Source of the DNA: Setoptus koraiensis
Taxonomy: Eukaryota > Animalia > Arthropoda
NCBI GenBank assembly: GCA_048013815.1
Contig: CM106585.1
Location: 1,736,001-1,800,000 of the forward strand
Reading direction: 5' to 3'
Length of the DNA stretch: 64,000 bases
Position 1 is the first letter of the stretch; the number at the start of each line of letters is the position of its first letter. Under the pieces are notes generated by a model that searched no databases, had not been told where the DNA came from, and saw only the letters and a list, made by a program, of their open reading frames with translations. The position numbers and the translations under genes were made by a program. Below, one piece after another: positions 1-12,600 of the stretch.

Positions 1-1
1 A

Positions 2-469
2 TAATATAAGTGATTCCGATGACCAAACACTGGGTATCATAATTCTAATTAGTTTGATCATTTGTACAATGAAATCCACATTGATCCCCGTGACATGTTG
101 GAAGAAGTATAACAATTTGATCATGTAGTCTTCTATGGGGGCAATAATAATATTATCTCTAGGTGGACCAAAGTCAGTATAACTGTCTTTGGTGCCGTTG
201 TGATTTCTAATATTGGCCTCCTTTCTTGCCGTGGCCAATAAATCGATGTGGCCATTGCTGGTGATATCATCATCCTCTATTGAGGTAGTTTTATCCTGAA
301 ATCTGAGGGCCTGATTTTTGAGACCTTTCAGGCCCTTCTTAATAATGGGCGATCCTACATGACAAAAATAAATGCCAAATATTGTGACACAAGCGCCACG
401 AGTCACATAATGAAATGGAACACCGTAGGAATCTGTGACTAGCCGAAGCTTAGATATCACGTTTGTCAT
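2..469 (-). CDS. ABCD3: 5' part of a peroxisomal ABC half-transporter (ABCD/PMP70 family); runs off the window start and is absent from the ORF track
   Basis: Manual minus-strand translation from the ATG at 469 is open for 156 codons to the edge: MTNVISKLRLV...GINVDFIVQMIKLIRIMIPSVWSSESLIL. This resembles the ABCD N-terminal 'VD..F...L..IL.I..P......E...L' segment preceding TM1. The paralog (ABCD3 vs ABCD1/2) is uncertain. Confidence 0.65.
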   Translation of the reverse strand, partial: MTNVISKLRLVTDSYGVPFHYVTRGACVTIFGIYFCHVGSPIIKKGLKGLKNQALRFQDKTTSIEDDDITSNGHIDLLATARKEANIRNHNGTKDSYTDFGPPRDNIIIAPIEDYMIKLLYFFQHVTGINVDFIVQMIKLIRIMIPSVWSSESLIL

Positions 470-3400
470 CGTCGTTATTAATAATGTTTTTGTTCGTTTT
501 AAAATAAATTCTTAGAATAATGTAACTAATAAAGAAGCTTATTACGATGAAGCTAATAGAAGATGATATGTGAAAAAATTAAGTTTTCGTAATTTCTAGG
601 GGAATTATTGTAGAAATTACTATTGCGATGATTATTATTATTCTTGTTTGTTATACGACGGTCATTGCATCAACACCTCTACTTGCTGCTCAGCTGGATC
701 ATGGCTGTCAATTTCAGCTTGGTGTTGTTTGAAATTGTTTGTCACTAGTTAGACAAAGGCGTATCTCCCATTGAAATGAGGTTTACCTTGTGATAAAACG
801 ACTATCTATATATCTAAAAGAAACTTGGCTACCTGATGATTTACACTATGTAATGTTTACCATGGACACTGTGAGCGGAGGCTTGCACCGCAACTGGGCT
901 AGACATAAGCACACTAACTAACACAAACAAATTCATTCCCGTGAGATGGTCTAGGGTATGTAACGGCTAAGGTAAGATAAATCATACTGGCTTATTGTGG
1001 AGCACATCGTAGTGCAAATTGAATTCAACTGTGCCCATCAAGACGAACAACAGGTTTTTAAGGGTGTCAGACGCTAGGCGGCGCTTTACATTCAATCAAC
1101 TAATCGAAGTTGATCAAGATCATGCTAAGATAACACAGAATTGTGCCAACTCAATGCAAAAGTTATGCGTTCTGCCCTGAAGGATCTCTTATTAATGGTT
1201 CGTAAATTATCCCTGTCTACCAGCCCCACTTGTTGCTCGGTCAGCATTTTCCAGTGCGCATTTTTCTTCTTCTTTCTAGTTGGTATCGAGAAGGAGGCTC
1301 TTCTCTCTCGCTCTCTCTGCCTAGCTGCTTGTTTACTGCTGATGAAGCTAATAGTTAGATTCTTTACTACCATTAACAAGGGACGCTTACATAATCATTG
1401 GCGACGATATCCATGATAGAAGACAACTAAATAGATGGCCAGCTAGATGGAGGGGGAGGGATAGACAAAGAGAGACAGGACATTCACAACACCGCCAAAC
1501 TGGTTATAACCAAACTCAGACACTTAATACAAGTTTACCTCTCCTCTACGCCGTTGTAGCAGCTTGTATCCATCGTACAGTCATCTTGCTATGCATATTA
1601 GAAAAGTTTGGGCTTTGAAACTGCTCGCCTGCAAATGGCTATACACCGAGATACACAAGCTAGCCATACAGTCTGTTAGTCAGTCAGCTAATCCAAGCAG
1701 CGTCAATGAAGCGACCACAATGCTAAAAATGCCTGTAACATACATGTAACTTAACGAAAGGACATCAACAGCCTTATACAGTTGAAAACCACCAACGACA
1801 ATGAGAAGCTAGTATTGTCTGATGTTTGTATGTAATTGCTTTAGCATTAACAATCAACCATGGGCGTTCGAGTTTCTATTCGAGGAGTCATTGCCATTGA
1901 TTTGCTGTGCGTAAGCTCGACCGAACAATTCTATTTGCATCAGCATATCGATGACTAGCTCACTGAAAAACAACAATGTCTACCTAACTCATTTTACATT
2001 GTGTCACACATGTACTACAAAAGTGCCCACATGTGACTACAGCTATCTCCGTCGGAATCTTGGCAGATAATTTGCATAGTTTTGTGGTGTTGGGACTGCT
2101 CTTTTGCTAGCTCTGGACGAAGTATGAACGCACAAAAAAGCTTTAATTTCACAATGTTTCCGTCGGTAGCTTCGTCAGTAATGTAATTATTAGAGAAGTT
2201 TTTTCTTACGTTCGTTGCCAGACTCGGGAGAAAGTCAAGTTTGTGACAAATAGACAAATAGAAGTCAAGAAAAATCATGGTCTAAGTGGATATGGAGATG
2301 GTAGATGTGTGTTGGTGCATTCAGGGTCAAATCCAGAGATCAAGTTGTGTAAAAATGATCAAACAAACTAGTCTCTGTCGGTGGACACAGATAATAATGT
2401 ATAATAATTAAACCAGGTAACTAATGATAATTTAAGGCATTAACCCTTATATACCGGCAGACCGTATTATGTGCCTTGAGCTAGATTTCGAATAATACCA
2501 CCAAGACGCTCAAGAAAGGGGATGGTGGCAAGTTGTACGAAATGTATGCAAAAGTATGAATTTCTGTGTCTGATTCTAAAGAAGAGAAAACTAGAATCGG
2601 TGGTATTATACTCTCTGAGCGGATCCACCTAGATTGGAATAATCGCTTTACTCGTGCCTGATTCGGCTCTACCAGGATAGTAATAGCGATAACTTGCACA
2701 TTATGATAATCAATATATGTGATATGTGTGTTGTAAGCAACGCAATCTAAACTGGTGTCGGAAGCAGAAGTAAAAGTTAGAACTCCATTATACACAGTCA
2801 GAATAGTTATCGAATACACGAAGTGAGAACGAAAGTTAGTTGCCAACATTACGATCAACATCATGCACCACGTTCGACAAATTCAATGTCGTCCTGTTGA
2901 AATTGTCCATCCAACAGTGATCTAGGTATAGAATACATATTGATCGCGATTTGCACTCAACAACTTGCACAACAAAGTATTTGAGAGCTGATTGATAAGT
3001 CTATGGGATGGTATGAAAAAGTCCACCAAGTTGCTGGAAATAGTTGTTTTGATACAATTACGCGCTCAAAATTAGAACGTGAATCGTTGGCAACGTTAGG
3101 GTCGCTCGTTAAAGCCATAGTTATACAAGGATAATTCATCTTTCATTTAATCAATTTAAGCTTTTGCAAGCTGATACGCATTCGAGTTGGTGTTGCAACA
3201 ACAATTCATAACTGTGTTCTTCTGGCATTTCGAATTGTGACTGCGACAGTATTTATACACATTTCCCTAGGGTTAAGGGTTTGGTTGGTTGTTGAACTTC
3301 TATTGTTGTTGGTATCTAGCATCGAAGTGGGTTGTATCTAAAATCTTTACCATAATTTCGAACATCCTATTAGATCTTACAAATGGTTGTTAGTTTTAAG

Positions 3401-4669
3401 ATTCTTTGATAAAACTAATAATATTTGTCTACTGTTACTACTACTCTCTCGATGATTTATACCAACTAACAGCAATTTTGGGTAGATGGAACAACGAAAT
3501 TTCTACTATTGTGGTAAATAAATCTAATCTAAATGATGTTCTTGTTGGATTCCTAACATTTTTCTCTATTTGGCAACACAAGTAGATGAGTGGTAGATGA
3601 TGGGCATTGTCGCAGAGGAATCGCAATGGCGGAAGAGGTTAATTCGGTTTATTTGACCGCCGCTGAGGTTCATTATGCAGATATTTAATTAATTGTTTGG
3701 AAGGTGTATTTGTGAGAAAAACTAAAATCATGGAACTGGTGGTTAATGGTTAATGGAACTGTACTATGACGCCAACAACCTGTCGATTCTCAGTCGAATA
3801 CAAGGTGTAAACATGGTCGATTTTGGCACTGAACAAGAAATCACCATTTTAGACATTACTTCTATACATCCTTCTGACCACCCTCGGGAGTTCTACAGTT
3901 CGATTGCTGGTGGTCGGATCTACTCAGAATAGGTCTATTCTGCATGCCTTATAGAATCAAATGTTATGCGCGAAAGGGGTGTTTCAAACTTTCCACAGTT
4001 TACGCAGCAATAGCGATTTGGATTGACAAAATGCATGCAATATTCATCACTAGTCGAACTGCTCTTTCTATGGTTTAAACAAGAAATTCACAACTTACTT
4101 TCTCTCTTTGTTTAAACCCGTTTGAGAAAAATATCTGGAGAAATTCTTTCAAAGAATAGATTGAATACAATGAGAAGACTGGCGATCATTCCTGTCGCTT
4201 GTGATGATACATCACATATTTCCAAGATTCATTATAGGAACGTGTAGGAGATTCAAGTCAGAGCAGGTCACTTTTGACAACTCTATCATATACGATGGCT
4301 GCTCGATACTCATGCCACAACATTGTTATTTAGAAGTCACCAAGTTATAGACAATAACCTTATTCCTCGGACACAGGTATCAATGAGCGCTCACTCAAGC
4401 GTGTGGTATCTAACCTGCAAGAAACTATAGCACCACCGACTTTATATTTGAAGGTAGACTTGGTAAGTGAATTCCAGATTGAAAATCATGCTCGGCAAGA
4501 AAGTATACATAGAGGCTTCAATAGAAGTTTATTCATCTGTTTTGACGGCATAGTGAAAATACAATTGATTTTCTTTCTGATTTACATTGTTAGATGATAG
4601 GTTCGAATTGAACAACCGAACAATCTTTTTGTACTTACAAAATCATAATATATAGTCTACATTTTCAGA

Positions 4670-4741
4670 GCGGCAATCGTCTAGTGGTTAGGACTTCACG
4701 TTGTGGCCGTGACAACCCAGGTTCGAATCCTGGTTGCCGCA
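4670..4741 (+). tRNA. tRNA-His (GTG)
   Basis: Full cloverleaf: acceptor GCGGCAA/TTGCCGC, anticodon stem TCACG/CGTGA around TT-GTG-GC, T-arm CCAGG-TTCGAAT-CCTGG, A/B boxes, and a T5 Pol III terminator at 4745-4749. There is no genomic G-1 (position 4669 is A). Confidence 0.97.
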
Positions 4742-4995
4742 TACTTTTTGCCATTTCGTCTCTAGCGGCTGTGCTTTCTCATCCACATGAACCATGTGTC
4801 TTCAAACCAATGTTGGCATATCACATGAATTTTCTCCAATCCAATCCATATTTTGCACCTTACATATCCAGATGTAATAACATTTTACAGTCATCTCTAG
4901 AATTAAACTCCGCTGGATCCAACATACGTGTCTCGAGTAACACATTCATCTATTACATTCACACAATCATTTGAGACAATACCAATCCTTACAAA

Positions 4996-5347
4996 ATGAG
5001 CAAAGTATACCCCCCTGAACTCAAGAAATATATGGACAAGAAAGTGTCGGGTTCGTATTTCATCCCCCCAATCCTCTCTCAATCCCACCCTCTCCCTCTC
5101 TGTGCCTATCTATATATATACACTATGAGGTCGGAAATTCCAACTCTAATCTTTCACGATATCATTCCCTTGATTCTATATAGTCAAACTTAACGGTAGT
5201 AGACGAGTTACTGGAGTTGTCAGAGGCTTCGATGCCTTTATGAACTTGGTCCTAGACGAATGCAGCGAAGATAGCACCTCCAAAATTGGAATGGTAGTAA
5301 TACGTGGTAACTCAATCATGTCCATAGAAGCCCTTGAAAGGATTTAG
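4996..5347 (+). CDS. SNRPG: Small nuclear ribonucleoprotein G (SmG), 2 exons: 4996-5050 and 5184-5347
   Basis: Splicing GT(5051)..AG(5183) gives [72 protein letters not shown], with Sm1 and Sm2 motifs. Confidence 0.96.
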
Positions 5348-5440
5348 TGGAGTTTTATTAATTTGTAATCTACTCGACTGGTCAGAATAGAAAATAAAAA
5401 TTTTGTACAGCACGACGTAACAACTAGGCACTCCCACGTG

Positions 5441-6373
5441 TCATGTCAAATCTGAGCCAGATGCCGTCGGTCTCAGTGGTATGAGATAATCTCTGAGTAA
5501 ACCTGACACCTCCATACCAAAATCCAAAATATCTCTTTTGTTTATTGTCTTATATGTGACTTCATCGAACCCTGATACAAAGGCAAACAATGGAATCTTG
5601 TTTGTATTGTGACATAAACGTTGGAAAGAATTAATATAGTTATATGTGGCGTTTGTGTCTTGGTTGTCCAATAAGTCAGTTGTTACAACACGTATCGCAT
5701 ATGCTGAATGATACACAAGAGGATCGCCCTGATAAGCCAAAAAATCACAACCAAATTTCAGTCCCGTACCAACGTAAAGATGTTTGTTCCATAAATCTCT
5801 AAACACAGAATAATTGGTATCGCACCCTGTTTGACTCACTAGGGTGCTATCTTTGAACTTCAATAGCTTATATTCGTCCTCTGTAAATTCTACCAATTCA
5901 TGATTGAAATAATTACAATCTTGATTGGGTAAATACTCGATGGGAACTTTCATCTTTGTCATGTTCAATGCGGGTAACTTCTCGTTTGCTAGGTGTCTAT
6001 TTACAAATTTTGTGACTTGCTGTCTTCTATCACATTGGAATTTCTCGTTGGCGTTCTTGTAAACTTTTTGGGTATGCTCGATGTATGTGTTTTGTCTGTT
6101 TGAGAAACTCTCGGATAATTTTAATTTCAATGTGTAAATTTTAGCTAGATGTAGCTCTATCAGTAGCCTACATTCGCTATCACTCAATATAAGAGGTAAT
6201 CCTGAATTGTTAATTTGGAAAGGAGCACCTGGCGTGCACCCAACGAATGAACCCAGAATTCTGTGGGTTCCGCGCAGTGTTTCAACAGATCGCCTATCCC
6301 AGACATGGTACTTTCCATGACTGTAAATTATCTTTGGATAGAGAGGTTCATCAATATCTGCCTTTGAAGTCAT
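5441..6373 (-). CDS. TSEN34: tRNA-splicing endonuclease catalytic subunit Sen34 (310 aa, intronless)
   Basis: N-terminal 'HRILGSFVG..P.....GLPLIL' and C-terminal 'VFRDLW..HLYVGTGLKFGCDFLAYQGDPLVYHS' with catalytic Tyr/His. Confidence 0.93.
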   Translation of the reverse strand: MTSKADIDEPLYPKIIYSHGKYHVWDRRSVETLRGTHRILGSFVGCTPGAPFQINNSGLPLILSDSECRLLIELHLAKIYTLKLKLSESFSNRQNTYIEHTQKVYKNANEKFQCDRRQQVTKFVNRHLANEKLPALNMTKMKVPIEYLPNQDCNYFNHELVEFTEDEYKLLKFKDSTLVSQTGCDTNYSVFRDLWNKHLYVGTGLKFGCDFLAYQGDPLVYHSAYAIRVVTTDLLDNQDTNATYNYINSFQRLCHNTNKIPLFAFVSGFDEVTYKTINKRDILDFGMEVSGLLRDYLIPLRPTASGSDLT

Positions 6374-6561
6374 CCTATAAAACCACCATGTGAATTTTTA
6401 GATAATAAAAAAGCATTGACATAAATATAGTATGCGCAACACCAAATATAATTCACGCACACAGATGGAATTCGGATTTCGCTCGTGCATTTTTTATTTT
6501 TAAAGTCAGACTTTATAACCATTCGAGGATATTTACTCGCTCCATATTACATGCCATCAAC
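6374..6561. promoter_or_regulatory. Putative 188-bp bidirectional promoter (TSEN34/GINS3)
   Basis: Head-to-head start codons at 6373 (-) and 6562 (+) with only 188 bp between them. Confidence 0.6.
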
Positions 6562-7257
6562 ATGGATTTCAATGAGGATCCAAACTATTTAGATTTGGAA
6601 GATATTCTAACAAATTCTCAGCGTGTAGGTTGTAAATTTTTATTAGATATACCTGGATTAGAATTCTTATCGCCTGGTAACAGCCAAGAGATAACCCAAT
6701 CGACTGATCTAATACTGCCATTTTGGTTGGCAAAAACATTATTTGCATACAGCATGATTGACATAGAAATACCTAAACAATATAATTCAAATTTTAGAGA
6801 TATACTCAGCGCCGATGCCGATGTCGTTGATTTGCATCGTTACGGACCGCATTACTATAAATTTGGTAAACTATTGGTAGCCCTAAGAAGGTATAAAGGA
6901 AACGAATTAGAACAATTCAATGAAGAGGGTCAGAGAAACAAATTCAGACGTGAAGAGGGCGAAACTTTAGAGGATAGACTGGCCATTGCTAGTAGCTTAA
7001 TAAATACGTTTCATCATAGGAAACATAAGATATTAGAATATTCAACCAATTCAGCTGCCGATGAAGATCATCGGGAGGTCAAGACATTCAAATCCAGATT
7101 AGACAACCTAGAGAAAAGGATTTTTCAAATAGGTAGACAACAAGTGAGCGAGATCAACAAGTGGAAGTCGCGTAAAATAGAACTGATTAGTAACAATCTT
7201 TTAGTAGCTAGAATAACAAAACGAAGGAGGTTAGAGTCGGCGTTATCCAAAGTCTGA
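6562..7257 (+). CDS. GINS3: GINS complex subunit Psf3 (231 aa, intronless)
   Basis: Motifs 'YLDLEDIL...', 'LILPFWLA' and 'ILSADADVVDLHRYGPHYYKFG'. Confidence 0.92.
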   Translation: MDFNEDPNYLDLEDILTNSQRVGCKFLLDIPGLEFLSPGNSQEITQSTDLILPFWLAKTLFAYSMIDIEIPKQYNSNFRDILSADADVVDLHRYGPHYYKFGKLLVALRRYKGNELEQFNEEGQRNKFRREEGETLEDRLAIASSLINTFHHRKHKILEYSTNSAADEDHREVKTFKSRLDNLEKRIFQIGRQQVSEINKWKSRKIELISNNLLVARITKRRRLESALSKV

Positions 7258-8125
7258 TGTCCATTCATGTTTACGACTGGCTAGATTTAATTATTTATTA
7301 TACTCATGTCGAGCCCCTATTCAATAAATTCGAGTTCACCTGTTCAAACTTGGCGCCCATTTCTGCTAGTATTGCGAAAGTGTAACTGTACAAAACACAG
7401 CGCCATGATGAGCCAACAGTTCTCTTTTTCTTTCAGTTTCATTTTGGCGGCCCACAAACTGCTCACTTACTGACACAAATATTTGTGCTATGCGCATGTT
7501 TCCAACACGCTGAGCTGAGAGAAATTTCTCTATATAATGCGCATTGGATGCATGCATGATAATGCATTGACAACGCACTAAAAAGTTTACAAACAGCACA
7601 GCTGTTTAGCGCATGTGCGATGATTCTTGAAGAACAGTGATTTGAATGTGTGCTTGTGCTCACACTCTTTACTATATTAGTCTAATATGGATGCTTCATG
7701 AATTTGTGTTCACCTCTCCGTTGTTTTCGAACAACATTAGTGCGTCAAAATCTGGAACTTGTAGCCTCTGTGTCTGTGTGTTTACAAGTTTAGCCCACAC
7801 AACTGTACTGGTGGTGCAGATTGGCGGCACACAGTGCGTCGACGTCGTCGAATCGGCAGCCACTAGTGCAGGTTGCTGCAGGCTCAGCATACTGCATACT
7901 GCAGTCTGCAGCAGCACCGCTGTGGTGATGGGGTGTGCAAGTCGATGCACAAGGCTGCGCGCATCGTGTACAGGGCACACAGAATAAGCGTCGGGCACAG
8001 CGTTGGCAGCAGAAAATATAGAGAGAGGGACGGACGGATGGACAGACGGACACAGTGTTAGAAGTTGAATGGACGCACACACAAACCAATGAAGGCGCAG
8101 CCTGGGGGACACACCGTTCGTCGTC

Positions 8126-8155
8126 GTCGCCGTCGTCGTCGACGACGACGGCGAC
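8126..8155. repeat. Perfect 30-bp CpG-rich palindrome
   Basis: gtcgccgtcgtcgtc|gacgacgacggcgac is its own reverse complement, with no spacer. Confidence 0.9.
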
Positions 8156-9630
8156 CAGGCTAGAGAGAAGCGAACTAAATGTAGACACATATTGGATGGA
8201 GATAGAACTGTGCCATTCTTGTTAGTGTATAAGTGTATGTGTGTGCACTATTTTCATTGTATGCTGAACACTTGCATACTACACTATAACATTGATCATG
8301 TCATATACGAAGAGGATGGCTGTGTTTAGTTCTATCATTACTGAAGCAGCTAGGAGATAGATGATCACATCATAATAATATCATCATCGTCGTCACCGCT
8401 ATATATTAACCAAAATTATTACACTATATTCTACGCAAATTCTACCACAGATTTAGCACTGCTATTGCTTATTTTTATTCCATCATCATCATCATCATGA
8501 ACTGTTATCTTCTATAATAACAAACTCCTAATATTTCAACATACTCTTTTATACATATAGAGAAACGAACGAAGATTGATAGACACGCACAACGATTTGT
8601 TGCCAAATCTCAATCAAATCGAATTGAATCAACGACAAAACAAAACAAATCACATTGAGTCGTCGTTAATCAACCTAGAGCTAGACAAGAGAAGGAATTG
8701 AGCTCACTTATGATAATGAAAAAAGAGTTATCATCAACAAGGAGTAGCCAATCAGCACATACAGTCTCCCTCGGTACCAACACTACTACTGATGCAACGC
8801 AAATACTTTCAATCAGTACCAGGCCATAATGTTGCACGTCTTCATGCTCGTGTCTACATACATTTTTTACTTTCAATTAGATTTTAACTATTGTCATCAA
8901 TAAGTTCAAAATGGTCTTATTAATGATGAATCTAATGTAGAAAACGACAAGAGTACAACAACAAATCAAGCAGGTCACTTCTGAGTTACTTGCGTCTTGT
9001 ATAACTTATTATCATCATTATCAATTGAATTATTGCAAAACAACTAGGCAGATGACCAGCACAATCAATTATAAACTATCGCCCAATCAAGAAGAAGTTG
9101 AGATGATCTTGTTTAGGCAATTGTTTTACTTTTGGACGTTACAAACTACATACATATGACAACAATCACGATTGAGCAACCGAAACATTATTATTTTGTA
9201 CAGTAATCAGTAATTTTACTGTTGTTGATAGTTAATATCAAATATACACAGGAACAGATTAACAATTATACAATTGACAGTTACATAATTTTTTAAATAT
9301 TCAATTGGTAACAATGTTTGGCCACAGGCGACTTGTAAGTATTAGCAACAATGTGCACTTCAGCATCAACATTTGCGCGCTCTTGTATAACTAAAGCACC
9401 AACTTGTGGTGACAGACCACACAAACTACACTTGCGCTCTTTTACAACCATGCTCAAAAAGATGGTCGCGTAAATCCCGTCTTATAGACAGTATGAATTC
9501 TATCTTGTTCAAGATGATGCTGAAATTCGAAAGAGCGGCTATTTTTTACTTTCGTCCTGATTCATTTACAAAAATCAATCACATAATGACAATATCTTAA
9601 TAAAAAAAATCATATATATATCCCAAACAG

Positions 9631-12600
9631 AGAGCTCGCGAGAAACGACGCTACAATGAAGACGCTGCCGATGATGAATTGGAAGGAAAGAGAAACTTCA
9701 ATCTCGAAGAGCAAATAACCGCCGAGAGGTTTAGTCTTGACAAAGACAAATATCTTAAACAATTAACTGGTGACACAATTACGCTGCGTTATATACAAAA
9801 GAATGGCTTTGACAAGCCCATTCTTGTTAAACAACCTACTGGTCTTAATTTACGCATGCCCTCTGACACTTTCTCTATAAAAGATGTCAAGAATTGTGTT
9901 GGATCCAAGAGAACTTTGGATGTCATGGATGTTCAAACACAGAAAGACATTGAAATGTCCATGAAAGAATGGTGTAAATATTATGAATCAAAACACAAAG
10001 ATAAATTATTGAATGTTATTAGTCTAGAATTTAGCCACACCAAACTGGATCAACTAGTTGATTCACCTATGATTGTCAAGCTCTTAGATTGGGTCGATCT
10101 TGCTTGGCCAAAATTCCTGAAGCAAAGTCAGACTGAAAGCACCAATACCATAAACAAAATGAAATATCCAAAAGTGCAAAAGTAAGTGAAAGATGTTACT
10201 AAACTTAACAATTATCCTCTAACTTAACTGATACTAACTACAATGAAATCTTGCAGATACTGCCTTATGAGCGTCAAAGGCTCATACACAGATTTTCACA
10301 TAGATTTTGGAGGAACATCCGTATGGTATCATGTACTGAGAGGCAAAAAAGTTTTCTGGATGGTTCCGCCTACAGAGCTCAACTTGACATTCTATGAAGA
10401 ATGGATTTTGTCTGGTAAACAACAAGACGTTTTCTTTGGTGACACTGTTGAAGAATGTTTCAGGATAGAGCTGGAAGCCGGAAACACCTTCTTTATTCCC
10501 TCCGGCTGGATTCACGCGGTCTATACTCCTGAAGATAGTTTGGTTTTTGGCGGAAATTTTTTACATTCGTACGGTATAGAGAAACAGCTCAGAGTCTCCC
10601 AAATCGAAGATGCAACTAAAGTGCCAATCAAATTCCGTTACCCCTTCTATACCGAGCTCCTTTGGTACGTTCTTCAACATTATGTTCTCTGTTTGACAGG
10701 TAAAGATCATCTAATTAAACAAGAAGAACTCCAAGACGACGAGGACCAAGATTCGGACGACGACAAAACCGAAGAAGAAAAAGAACCACAGAAAAAACCA
10801 GCGCCAAATAGAAAGGGTCGTGGTAGGAGGGGCAAATCTAGAAAAGCGAAAAGAAATAGTCAGAAGAAGGTTGAAGAGGACGAAGACAAGACTGATGTTG
10901 ATGAAACAGATACCGAAGAACACGAAGATGAAAAGGCTAAGATTAATAATGTTACCACTTGTCGTATGACCAAAAATAGTTTATTGAGACTACAATACGA
11001 AGTTACTCCCACTGAGAAAACAAATCCTGAAAAAATAGCTACTTCATCTCCTCCACCATCAAATCCTCCACCGCCCAAGCAACCACAAGTACAAGCCACC
11101 ACTTCATCGTCTCCCAACGCCACCAATGAACTAGTCTCACAAGTCGAATCGAAGAATAACGGTTGGAGTCTTGCTCCGAATTGGACAAATGCCGTCGACA
11201 CAAAAGAACCGAAAAAAATATACTTGACGAGATTTGAAATAAATGGTCTAAAATTTTTGGTTAAATATCTAAGTAAGCTGACTGGTTCGAAGAAGAATCT
11301 TCCGAATCTTATCAAGGATTCAAAAGCCCTTATAGATGATACAAAAAAGATGATTGCTGATCACGAAAACGATGATCCTGACTTAGCTATAACTGGTAAA
11401 CCAATATCTCATTTGACACTTTCATCGAACAATACTGATATGAATCAATTGATTGGACAGTTTTTTAGAATCAAAGATGATTGTGCATCAGCAGAAGAAG
11501 AAGATGCCTGCGACCACCCCTCTTCAGACAACAATTCTCGTGTGAAAAAGACATCTTTAGAGAAAAAAGTAAATAATAACTCGAGTCCAACCATGTCCGT
11601 TCAAACTAAGACTGCTCCAGCCACTACGACCAACGATCATTCTATTTCATCCAGCAACAAATTTAACAGCCCCACTAAGAAAGAAAAGATAGTTGTTCCA
11701 TCATCTACCTCCCCGCCACCAAGACCTCCCTCTCCTCCAACAAGACCGTTATCCTATAATCAATACACAGCCAAAACCAAGAATCGAAATCTGAATGAAC
11801 CTCTCCCAGGTTCATTTGCAAGCTTAATAGCTGCCACATCCACCGAGCGAAATTCGTTCGATTTATCGGTATCTGAAGCCTCTACAGTCCCATTATCAAT
11901 AAGCTTGGGTCCAGACAGTTCTTCGAAGAGCGGATGGGGTAAATCTTCAACTAGCGGAAGTGAAGGATTCTCTCCTAGTTTTCGTAAAAATGACACGCAA
12001 ACAACCCCAAATAAGTGGTCGAGCTTGATGAACAGCAAGGTCGATAGTAACAAGAAACCACCTTCCGACAAAACGTCGACTCCGAGCAATACTAAAACTC
12101 CTAATTCACCTGTGCCACCTAAAGTCTCACAACCGAAACCACCGATTAGATTTGCGTCACTCAACCAAAAACCACAAAACAAAGAAAAACTCATTTTCGC
12201 GAGTACACCATATAATAGTAATGCTCATGGTAATCAACCTAGGCTTCAGCCAAACTCTATTGTTAACAGGCCCGTTTATCAACCATTTGGGACACCTTTC
12301 TCCGCACCGTCCTCAACAATGTTTTCAAACCAATATCTTCCACCTAATCCAACCAATGCACAACAGCATCCCAACTCGCCCTTTCACCCACCCAACCCCA
12401 CTAATGCACAGCAGCACCCCAACGCACCCTTTTCCCCAACACCTAATCAACCACCACAAATGGAGAGACAGATCAATGCCCATCGTATGACACATCCACC
12501 CGTCCCTATGCCAACATCCTCGGCAAAACAATTTTCACCGAGTGTATCGAATCCAACAACTGGTTCGAAGAGGGCGGAGTCTCCGAATCAAGAGCCTCCG

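Noticed and set aside
2015-3626. Scattered minus-strand ORFs as a possible multi-exon gene
   Set aside because: I could not join them into a phase-consistent model or recognise a domain.
4030-4160. Possible pogo/Tigger transposase remnant (LLFLWFKQ...ISGEIL)
   Set aside because: There are only two short motifs, spaced ~10 aa too far apart with an in-frame stop between them. I found no DDE domain or TIRs.
4670-6373. Functional cluster of tRNA-His with the tRNA-processing gene TSEN34
   Set aside because: This tRNA-His has no intron, so it is not a TSEN substrate; adjacency is expected by chance at this gene density.
7366-8190. Cys-rich overlapping ORFs read as a metallothionein- or neuropeptide-like gene
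   Set aside because: The Cys/Val richness follows from TG/CA-rich low-complexity sequence, and there is no convincing family motif.
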